A DNA stretch of 63,821 bases, filler included, from Kipferlia bialata (taxonomy: Eukaryota), in NCBI GenBank assembly GCA_003568945.1. It is 8 parts of 7 records of this genome, joined end to end, with 100 filler letters (N's around TTAATTAATTAA, not from the genome) between each part and the next. Parts side by side here need not be neighbours in the genome. Positions count along the whole stretch, not along the records: positions 4,724 to 14,768 come from BDIP01001505.1; positions 14,869 to 18,821 come from BDIP01001506.1; positions 18,922 to 23,284 come from BDIP01001506.1; positions 23,385 to 33,425 come from BDIP01001507.1; 4 more parts are not named here. The stretch is one strand, 5' to 3'. How positions within the stretch are numbered: position 1 is the first letter of the stretch; each line of letters begins with the position of its first letter. The translations under genes and the position numbers were made by a program. The notes under the pieces are model-generated. The model searched no databases. It was not told the DNA's origin and saw only the letters and a program-made list of their open reading frames with translations. This document shows positions 12,205 through 23,487 of the stretch, piece after piece.

Positions 12205-14600
12205 CTAGTAGTAGGCAGAGACATGTGCTGCAGTGAATACCGTCTCCTGGAGACTGCTCTGCTCCAGTGGTAGTGTCTTCTGTTGCATCAATGAGTCTCC
12301 TATCCTTAAGGCCATTGACATCTCTCCAGTATCACTCATCCATCCATGGCTACTACCAGGGATGGATACAACGAAATATATGAACATGTACATAGAGAGA
12401 GAACCCCATCGCCCATATACAGTCTATTGACGACCATCACTTCTTCGGCTTCTCCAAGGGAGATAGTACACTGAAGTCGGCTATCTGTGATGCAGTGATC
12501 TGTCTAGGGGTGCAGTTGGTGGGCTGCATATTGCCCACAGCAGAGAGCCTGTCCTTCTGCCAGGCCTGACAGTGAGAGGGAGGGAAGGAGAGAGAGAGCG
12601 ATAGTGAGAAGGAGTCTCATGGATGGAAGATACTGTAAATAGCTCTAGAGAGTCACACACTACAATAGCCATGTCCCACCTGTGCCTTTCGCATGACTGC
12701 AGCAGGGAGTAGGTTGCTTGGGGTGGCCGCCCCTCCCCCTCTGTTCCTCTCTCTCTCCCTTATCGGCTGGGAGAAGGAGAGAGAGAGGTCGTCGAGGTCA
12801 TCGAGCATGTCAGCCGGGTCCTTAGCGCCTCTCTCTCTCTTGACTGGAAGGTCTGAGAGCATCGAGTCGAGGGGGTCGGGGACTCTAACCGGCTTTCCTT
12901 GCCTCTTGCCCTGTTTCTTCCTGCCCCCTTGCCTCTGTCTCCCTCCTCTCTCTCTCTCTCTCTTGACAGGCCCTGGCCCAGAGTCACCAGGGGTAGACAT
13001 CCACTCTCCGGCACCTGAGAGTGAGGGGGCGGCAGGGTAGACACACAGAGAGACACACACAGAGAGAGAGAGAATTGGGACACTGCACTACCATACCTTC
13101 GTCGTTGGCTTCTAGCAAGGGTGTGAGACCCAGGTCGCTGAGGCCAGTCTCTCTCTCCCTCCCTCTCTCCCTCGGTCTGCTACTACCATGCACACTCAGC
13201 ACCATGTCGTTGTCCCTCTCTCTCTCTCTCTCCAAGTACCCTCCCATACCCCTATCTGGGTCGTGTCTCCTGAGGGGTGTGTCTAATAGCAGGCCAGATG
13301 GAAGGCCCGGCCGGAAGTCCCTCTCCCTCTTCACATCTCTCTCCTTGGCCCTGTTCCTGGGGTGAGAGGTAGCGCAATACATATATATACGCATCCATAA
13401 TCTTGGTGGAGGGATGGTATGTATATCATCCCGGAGGGGGGTCATAGACTGGACCACATATCTCTTGTGGTATGAATAGTGCAGCTGGATACACAATACA
13501 TATATCTCTATTAATATATATATATATACATATAAATACCCCACCTCCTCTGTGCCATCTGGGCCAGCCTCTGATCGGCACTGGGCTTCACCACCACCTT
13601 GGCCCCCCTGGTACTGTCATCCCGGTGCTTCCTGACCTGGGGGTGGGGGGCATCAGAGGAAGGGTATATATGTATCATCATAGGTCATCAAGAGCCACTG
13701 TGGTTACTGACTGTATATGTAACTACTACACATATGTGAATGCACCTTGAGCTTTGTGTGCACGGTGGCTATCTGCGAGGAGGCAGACAGGGCTCGGGAC
13801 TAGGGTGAGATGAAAGGGAGGGGGGGGGGGGGGGCGTGTAAATGTATTACTCAGCCAATATACACACCTTCCTAGCCTTCCTGGACGTGGCCGGGGTGGA
13901 TGATGCCCCTGTCTGGGTGTTGAGGGCACCAGCTGGGGGGTGAGAAGAGCTTGTGGGTGGTATATGTAAGGGATATGCACATGGATATCAATGTATCCCA
14001 TACCTATGCGTGACATGGAGTGTGAGTGGTGCTGCATGGGCCGCTGTGCCCTGCGCAGCTGTCGCTTGGCCTCTCTCCTCTGCCTCTCCTTCTCTCTCTC
14101 TCTCTCCTTCTCCTCCTCCTTCTCCCTCTCCCTGATCTTCTGCGATATCACAGTCGGGGTGCGTCTACTCCTGTCCCTCTCACTCTCACTGAAGTCACCC
14201 AGGCTATACTGCGACATGAACTGAGGGTGAGCGGTGGCTACCAGAGAACACGTGGAAGGACATACCGAGCATTCGAATACAATACATATAGTCATATACA
14301 TACCTTTGGAATGGGTGATATCTCGTCTGCGCTGCTCTCCCCCATGCCCCTGGAGAAGTCCCCCTGGCTCCCCCTCCCCCTGTAGTCCCCCTGGCTGCCC
14401 ATACCCTGTACAGGCAGGGCCATCGGCTGGAACACAGCAAATGCCGTGTCCATGATGCCCCCCTTGACGAACCCCATCTCGTCAACCTCGGGCTCAGGGG
14501 CAGATGTATCTGGGGTCAGGGATAGACACATATATACTGTCTATGCTAGTGGATGCCTATTTATGGTATATGGTGCATCACACTCACTCCCGTACCTGTT
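12205..14600 (-). CDS. Multi-exon low-complexity Arg/Glu/Pro-rich hypothetical protein, 5' truncated, 3' end uncertain (12437 or 12205)
   Basis: Coding-like blocks (PEPEVDEMGFVKGG, REREKE, MLDDLDDL) bounded by GT donors and CTCACCCCAG-type acceptors; no family recognised. Confidence 0.5.
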
Positions 14601-14768
14601 GTCCTCTTGATGGCCGGTGGGATGGGGGAGATGGGGGCAGAGAAGGGACCTGACCCGATGGAGGTGCGGCGGCCTGAGAGTGAGAACAGAGAATGAAGCG
14701 AGAATAAATAGGGGAGATATTGGGGAAGGGGGGGGGGGGGGGGGGCCGGGGGGGGGGGGAGGATGGGG

Positions 14769-14868
14769 NNNNNNNNNNNNNNNNNNNNNNNNNNNNNNNN
14801 NNNNNNNNNNNNTTAATTAATTAANNNNNNNNNNNNNNNNNNNNNNNNNNNNNNNNNNNNNNNNNNNN
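14769..14868. other. Artificial scaffold spacer
   Basis: N-TTAATTAATTAA-N. Confidence 0.97.
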
Positions 14869-14921
<53 letters not shown>

Positions 14922-14923
<2 letters not shown>

Positions 14924-16688
14924 TGCTGTTCCTGATCAGCTCAAGGGCAGTCCAGCCAGCGTCAATCCTATAGATAAGTAAATATGCAATACTACAAAGC
15001 CCAAATGTTTATGGATACATAAGGGTACATGGTACGTAGCCTACATATATATATATATATACATACGGACATTAAGGGTGCAGTATACCTGGCCTCATCA
15101 AAGAGTAACTCTCTATCCATCATGTATTAGAAGAAATCTATAACTCCTCCGATCATATATATATTATATATATTATATATATTATATATATTATATATAA
15201 TATATAAGGGTGCAGAGTATATATGGGTTCAGCAATGTATAAAGGGTGCATAAGTACCTGGCCTCATAATACTACATATGAATATACACATATGGACATT
15301 AAGGGTGGAGTGATACCTGGCCTCATCAAAGAGGAACTCAGGGAGCTCTCTATCCATATATGAGAAGAAATCTATTACCCCTCCGATCATATATATAAGG
15401 GTGCAGAGTATATAAGGGTTCAGCAGTGTATAAAAGGGTGCAGAAGTACCTGGCCTCATCGAAGAGGAACTCAGGGAGCTCCTCATCGCTCTCCTCCTCT
15501 CCCTCCTGGACATGAGTATATAGGTATATATATATATGTACAAATATAAATGTAATCTTTAAGTCTCATACATCTGCCTCTTCGTCGCTCTCCTCCTCTC
15601 CCTGGACATGAGTGTATAGGTATTATTGTATAAATATTTATATATGTATTCATATACATATGTATATTCTTTAGTCTCATACCTCTCCCTCCTCCTCCTC
15701 CTCCTCCTCTCCCTCTCCCTCTGCCTCTGCCTCTGCCTCTGCCTCAGGCTGCTCCTCCTCCTGGGCATGAGTATAGGGGTATACACACACATATACATTG
15801 CACATACAATAAACATATCATTCATACCTCTGCCTCTGTTTCTGTCTCAGACGCAGACTGCTTCTCACCTTTGAAATATGAATATACATAATAAGTATTG
15901 AATTGACTGTTGATAATATCCAATACAAACTAGGTGTATACCTCAGACTCGGTCTCAGACATATATATATATATATATATATCAATAGCATAACAACATG
16001 ATTCTAAATACAACACATGTACTACGTAAATATATACATGCATACCTCTGACTGTGTCTCAGACCCCTTCTCACCAGAGTCCTCAGAAGAAGTCTCAGAG
16101 GAAGACTCTGAGGGTAAGAAATAGATAGAGGGGAGTCAGAGAGAGAGAGAGAGAGAAAGATGACAGTAATCGGAAGTCTCAGACGAAGACCCTGGATGTG
16201 AGAAATGGAGAGAGAGGGAGAGAGAGGGAGATAGGGAGAGAGAAAAGGACGTCTCAGAAGAGGAATACTCTAAGGGTGAGTGAGAGAATCAGAAAAGGAG
16301 AGAGAAGAGGAAGTCTGAGAAAAAGATGACTCTAAGGGCGAGGAAGGGAGAGAGAGAGAGTCGTACCCTCCTCCCCCTCCTCTGGTATGGGGCACCCAGC
16401 CATGCCAGCACCCATGGTGGCAAATATACTCTCTCTCGCTCTATATATATATATATATATATATGTATATTCATATATACATACCTTCCTCCTCCTCCTG
16501 AGGGACTGGGCACCCAGCCATGCCAGCACCCATGGTGGCGAACTGAGCCAGTACCTCACGGGCAGTGGCCTGGGCCTCTGAAGATAAGTATTATTATACT
16601 AATATATATATGTATAGAGAGAGAGAGAGAGAGAATATATTACTGGGCCAGTACCTCACGGGCAGTGGCCTGGGCCTCTGAAGATAAG

Positions 16689-16740
<52 letters not shown>

Positions 16741-18186
16741 AGTACTGAGCAAGGACCTCACGGGCAGTGGCCTGGGCCTCTGAGGGGTGAGACAATATAT
16801 ATACATTAAGACTTATATATATGTTTAGAGAGATGGAGAGAGAAGATAATAATGGGCAAGGATCTCACGGGCAGTGGCCTGGGCCTCTAGGGATAAGATA
16901 CAGCAGTGATAATAATTGTATATAGATGGATATATATATATATATGTGTATACACTAAACATACCCTCATCATCGATGTCCCTGACAAGGGTGTCCATGT
17001 TGCCATAGGTGGTGCAGATGGACTCAAACACTAGGGACCTGGGGTAAAGGCTAGAGAGAGAGAACGAGACAGAGAGAGAGAGCGAGAGAGAGAGAGAGAG
17101 AACGGCACCCATGTGTCCTCGGATGAGGGGGGGGTGGGGTTATATAGAGGGTGTACATTCATACCATAATATGCAGCAGGGCTACAAGGGTGGCTTGGAA
17201 TACATAACTATATAAATTTATATAGAGAGAGAGACCATTGCTACCTAGCATAGTGGAGCAGAGCAACAAGGGTGGATGGCTGGAGGGGGTCATCGCTGGA
17301 GTTAGAGAGAGAGAGATCAAGTAAGACAACGCCTATTACTCACCCTAGCTCTCCGTTGAAGAGCTCTGTGTTGAGCACGCCCTGCTTGAAGATGGCAACC
17401 TAGAGAGTTAGACATATAGATACTACATAGACATATATATATATATACACTGATATATATATACCCATAATAGAGCTCTGTGTTGAGCACGCCCTGCTTG
17501 AAGATGGCAACCTAGGGATGAGGTTGAATGGCTAATGTATATATATATATATATACATATATAACCATTACACAATCATAATAGCGCTCTGTGTTGAGCA
17601 CGCCCTGCTTGAAGATGGCAACCTGGACAGTGAGAGCTATATACTAGATACTATATATATATATACTATATATATATATACTATATACTGGATACAACCT
17701 GCTTGAAGATGGCAACCTAAGGATGAGATAGATTCTAATACTGAATTGATAGCCACACACTCTCATATTATATACATATCACCAAGTGGACGCTACACAA
17801 GTAGACAAACTAGCTCTTGTCAAATCAGTACGAGAAACATCATACAGAGTGTGGAAAAGCGGATATAGGCTTGACTTAGCATCATCCCACAACTATACAC
17901 ATTAACGCGCAATGCTATGGGCCATGACATATGTATATGGTATACTGCCACAATCTACACCTACTCTGAGACGTACTATTCGTATAAACACACACACACA
18001 CACACACACACACCCATCCCCCGCCACTCCCCCCACTTATTGTGAAGGTATCAAATAGCATTGTGTTGTTATAGATAGGGGGTTATCAATGGTCCCCACC
18101 TGCTCTGGGGCCCACTCGTCGTGGCTAACACCATGAGGGGCATTGAGGAGCAGAATGTTGATGTAGTCCTGGAAGGTGAACCTCAT
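14922..18186 (-). CDS. Multi-exon hypothetical protein with long acidic region, 3' truncated
   Basis: Exons MRFTFQDYINILLLNAPHGVSHDEWAPEQ|VAIFKQGVLNTELFNGELG ... EAQATAREVLAQFATMG ... Glu/Ser-rich exons ... EELPEFLFDEAR|IDAGWTALELIRN. Confidence 0.6.
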
Positions 18187-18378
18187 TGTATGTATCAACA
18201 CAACAGGGGTTGGAGAGAAGGCATTTCCATGTCAGTATTTTTGCTACGCTACACCCTTCTTTAGCACTCGTCTCAACAAAGGGTGTAGAGAAGCGTGAAA
18301 CAAAAAGGTTGGCAACGAGGTTGCATACTCTCTTGCTCGTCTCTATCTCTCTGTTGTCTTCGTCCTCTATTCTAGGCC

Positions 18379-19004
18379 ATGGCGCGTGCCCCCAAGCGTG
18401 GCAAGAAGGCCAAGGTGAAGGTAACACCTTGACACGAGGAGATCGGACTGCATTGTATTCTAAATCTCTCTCTCTATATATATGTATACATGTATAAATA
18501 TTCTGAGTCATACCCTGACCCCTAGGTGCCGGCTGGGCACGAGGAGAGTGGGTTGCAGGCCTCTCTGTGGGGCAGGAGGTTCGATGCAGTGGATGATATG
18601 CTGTATGAGATGGAGGTGATGTCGGGGAGGCAGTGGACTGCTACAGGTAGGGGGCAATCATGCCATATGTGTATGTTATACTATATGTGCATATGTATGT
18701 GGTGGTAGTGGACTGCTACAGGTAATATAGTTTCTTGTACTACTCGTTTTCTAGCTACTGGCATGGTACTCCCCCCCCCTCCCCTTTTCTCTCTCTTGCA
18801 TTGTCTCCAACCACTGGCAAGNNNNNNNNNNNNNNNNNNNNNNNNNNNNNNNNNNNNNNNNNNNNTTAATTAATTAANNNNNNNNNNNNNNNNNNNNNNN
18901 NNNNNNNNNNNNNNNNNNNNNGAGAGAAGCAGGAGGTGGTGGGCAGGGCAGCCAGGATGATGAGGATTAGGGGGGCAGAGCACAGGTATAGAGTGTGTAT
19001 AAGG

Positions 19005-19049
<45 letters not shown>

Positions 19050-20811
19050 GCTGGACAGGGCAGCCAGGATGATGAGAACAAGAGGGGCAGAGCACAGGTA
19101 TAGAGTGTATATGTATATATAGATATACACTAATGTCTTAATTCTATTTATAGTATTTGCCTTACTATCTCTCACCCCCCAGACAGCTGCAGAGTGCCCA
19201 GGTGTATTCACACACACACACATATATGTATGTATATACTATAAATGCTATACATGTGTATGTGGTATCTCACCCCCAGACAGCTGCAGAGCGCCCAGAT
19301 GCTGGCAGACGCACAGGCAGGCAGGGCAAAGCAGGTACTGAGGGTGTATATATATACATAGAGAGAGAGAGATATATATACATATCTATATATGTTGTGG
19401 CAGACGCACAGCCAGGTAGGGCAAAGCAGGTACACTCACATATAGTCCCTGTTCAATATATATACACAGAGGAATTACATTCCACGTCATTGTCCATACT
19501 CACCCCCAGATCCCCGAGAGGAAGGCCAAGGAGGAGGAGGAGAGACGGGCAGAGAGACAGGTGCGGTAGACATGGACTCATCACATGTATACTTTTTTAT
19601 ATATATAGACATACATATATATAGACGAGCAGAGAGACAGTTACGGCATGTGTAACATGCATATGTATATGCATACCTGATCTAACTGTATATACGCACT
19701 GCTTTGTAATAGACGGGCAGAGAGGCAGGTACGGGAGATGTGTTACTAATACTATCTCCTCACTGAACACATTTGATGTCTTACCTACAGATAGGGTCCT
19801 CCGCTGCCAAGGCCCCTATATATGTGTATTCTATGTGTATGTGTGATATAGTCTAATACCTAGGTCCTGACCGCTGCCAAGGCCGAGGCCCTTGCTGTGC
19901 AGAGGGAGGAGAGAGAGAGGAGGGAGAGGCAGAAGGCACAGCAGGCACAGACTAGGTATGGATGGGTGTGTGTATATATATAGAGAGAGGGGGGGAGAGA
20001 GAGAAGAGAGAGAGGCAGAAGGTACAGGTTAGGTGAGGAGGGTGGATATAGACGTGTGTGTGTGTGTGGAGAAAGAGAGATTGAGGCAGAGAAAGAGAAT
20101 GAGAGAGACCTGTGTCTTCTATACATTTGCATTTTTCCGACATACCATTATTCTATACTCTGTCCTACTCTACATACCCCTCACCCCAGACTTGACCTTG
20201 CCGAACAGATAGCAGTCAAGCAGGAGAGGATCAAGGTTAGTTCATATGTATGTATATATGCACTTGTTGTATCTTATCAGTCAAGCAGGAAATCAAGGTA
20301 CGGAAGTGATATTCACATGCACATATGCAGTATGATATAGTATGTGTCCTCTATTTTGTATGCAAACATTATATATGCCCCTCTACCCCCACCCAGGTTG
20401 CCAAGCTACAATAGATGATTTGTGTATCTATATATGTGTCTATCTATCCCCATATATATATATCCCACCCCAGGTTGCCAAGCTGCAGCAGACCGAGGCA
20501 CTGGCACTGGCCAAGAGGCAGGTATGGGCATATAGATATGTTGTATAGTCCGTACATATACACTGAATGTGTATGTGTATGAATATATATATGGTTAGAT
20601 ACCCACCCCAGGCCCTTGAGGCCGAGGCCGCCGAGGCCAAGAAGCAGGCCATCAGGAGACAGAAGGTATGGGTAGCATTGTCAGTATGTATGTATGAATA
20701 TTTGTATGAGTGTATATAATATTCATCTGACACCTCAGGAGGCCGACCTGGCTGCTGTGCAGAGAGACGTCATAGCAGAGACAGAGGCAGTGCACCGGTA
20801 TGGATGTATAT

Positions 20812-20848
<37 letters not shown>

Positions 20849-22465
20849 CCTATATACATGAAGAGAGTGAGGGAGAAAGAGAGAGAGAGAGAGAGAGACG
20901 TCATTGCAGAGACAGAGGCAGTGCACCGGTATGGATATATACATACATTTCTCTAAACACACACCCGCATAGGTCTTGAGACTCCCACCCCTCACCCCCA
21001 GCACCGTCAGGCTGCGTGAGAGGCATGAGATGGCTGTGTCATCATCAGTGGCAGACAGCAGAGAGAGGCTCAAGGGGGACATCACAAGGGTCAAGAAGGA
21101 GGTATGGTTGTTTATATATGCATATATAACTACGTATCTAACTCTATAGGAACTGGCCACCCGTGCTGCCAAGCAGGAGAGGGTCAAGGGACTGGTGGAG
21201 AAGTCAATGTCAGCTCAGTCAACTAGGTGAGGAGTGTCTATACATAACCTAACAAAGGGCAAGGGGCACTGTATATATGTGTGTATATGTATATATTCAT
21301 CTATCAGTCATGTATGTATACCTTACTAACCATAGGACCGACCCCTCCCTTGGTGTCAACCGCATACCATCAGTCTCTCTCTCACACACACTCTTACATG
21401 TGTCTAACTGTTAGGACCGACCCCTCCCTGGGTGTCAACAGGATGCCGTGGCTGGATGGTGTGCAGGGACAGGAGCCCAGGGCAGAGAGAGAGGCCAGGC
21501 AGCAGAGGGCACTGGACGCTGAGGTATAGTGTATGCATATGTATATATATATATGCAGAGAGAGGTGGGGGTATGGGGAAGAGAGAGAGAGAGGGAGAGG
21601 CCAGGCAGCAGAGGGCACTGGACGCTGAGGTAGTTATATATCTATATATAGAGAGAGAGAGGGGGAGAGAGAGAGAGATAGAGAGAGGCCAGGCAGCAGA
21701 GGGCTCTGGACGCTGAGGTATAGTGTACAATGCCTATGTCCCTATCTGCCTATGTCTTACCCCCCAGGTCCGCGAGGCCAGACTGGGCCAGATGAGTGGG
21801 GTGGGTGCAGGGGCCAAGGCAGAGAGGCTGGCAGACGTCGAGTATGCAAAGGCAATTGCTAAGAGGTATGGCTACTTCTCCCTATCAATTTCTCTTTGTA
21901 TATAAGTATATGCATCATCTACCTCCCCCCCAGGCCTCTGAGGTATATAGCAGTGCACTCATACATATATACCTTTGTACCCCCTCACCCCCAGAGCCGC
22001 TGCGTCTGAGGTAGCTGAGGCCGAGAAGCAGAGGAAGAGGAGAGAGGCAGCAGTGGCTGTGAGGAAGGAGCAGGTATAAACACATACTCTTAGACCCCCA
22101 TATATATATATCAGTATACTTATGATCCCATATATATGTTTATACTTGTCATCCCGCTGACCCCGTAGGAGAGGCAGCAGCGTGAGAAGAGACGTGCCCT
22201 GGAGGCAGAGAGAAGGGACTTCAGGTAGTGTCTGATATATACACCACACATATGTTGTATTATATTCATTTTGAAATATATATATAATGTAGTATACTAT
22301 GCTTGGAGGCGGAGAGGAGAGACTTCAGGTAATAGTACATAGTGTTGATAATATATAGGATATTCCATCGACTTTATTATTGAACATGTGTGTGTATGAT
22401 ACTCATCCATTTGCATATACCTCACCACTAGAGAGGCCGAGCGCTCCAGCGTGCATGTATATGAG

Positions 22466-22505
<40 letters not shown>

Positions 22506-23150
22506 TAACTCACCGTTAGAGAGGCCGAGCGCTCCAGCGTGCATGCCATCAGACAGACCAGAGAAGAGAACATCAAGTATGCCCTGGCAGAGGTATGGAG
22601 CATGGAGTGTTGAGTGTTTTATTATACAACTTGTATACATCTATATAGGTATAAAGTGTATATATTGGGTATTGGCCCAGGGAGGAGAACATCAAGTATG
22701 CCCTGGCAGAGGTGTGTAGGATGAGTGTATACATGCATATAGTACCCCTTACATCAAGAGATCATTCGGTGGTGGGTGTCGAATCGACACTGTCGATAGG
22801 ATAGCCATCTCCTGCTCTCTCCCTATATTACATATATATATGTGTGTGATACATATGTATGCTTACCCCAGGCTGCCGAGAGGACAGGCAAGGGTGCAGA
22901 CCCCGGTCCCTTCCAGGTGTTTGCCAGACAGCTCGGCAAGGTATGGATGTATATAGTGTATGTGTATATAGAGATATTGTATATATGTGTGTGCATGTGG
23001 ATTACATATGTATGTAGTATACGTCTGTTCGCCAGGAAGCTCGGCAAGGCATCAGTGACACTCTTTGGGAGAAGTGTATCATATGTATATGGTGTATATA
23101 CATGTATTTGCACTTCCCCTGACCCCCAGGAGGACAAGAAGGTCACCTAA
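18379..23150 (+). CDS. Long coiled-coil protein, trichohyalin-plectin-homology-like (possible axonemal/cytoskeletal protein), about 20 small exons, spans the spacer at 18822-18921
   Basis: ATG GCG CGT GCC... at 18379; E/R/K/Q/A-rich exons (VQREERERRERQKAQQ, RLDLAEQIAVKQERIK, EKQRKRREAA); TAA at 23148-23150. Family assignment rests on composition only. Confidence 0.6.
18822..18921. other. Artificial spacer, probably replacing an intra-scaffold gap
   Basis: Both flanks are short (about 4 kb) and a + strand gene appears to continue across it. Confidence 0.85.
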
Positions 23151-23284
23151 TGCACTAGGAGATACCGTCCTCTGGCTCCCTGAGTACACCTTGACTTGTC
23201 ACACAATATGAAGACTTGTCACAGTGTATAGACTGACTTGTCACAATGACCAGGATGTAGGACATACTTGTAATAGATATTGAG

Positions 23285-23384
23285 NNNNNNNNNNNNNNNN
23301 NNNNNNNNNNNNNNNNNNNNNNNNNNNNTTAATTAATTAANNNNNNNNNNNNNNNNNNNNNNNNNNNNNNNNNNNNNNNNNNNN
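23285..23384. other. Artificial scaffold spacer
   Basis: N-TTAATTAATTAA-N. Confidence 0.97.
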
Positions 23385-23487
23385 ATTTTTTTTTTTTATT
23401 TTACCCCCCCCCCCCCCCCCCCATCATCCGCTCACCCCCATGCTGTAGTGGATATATATCTGTGTCATTACCCCTATTCACCCCCAG

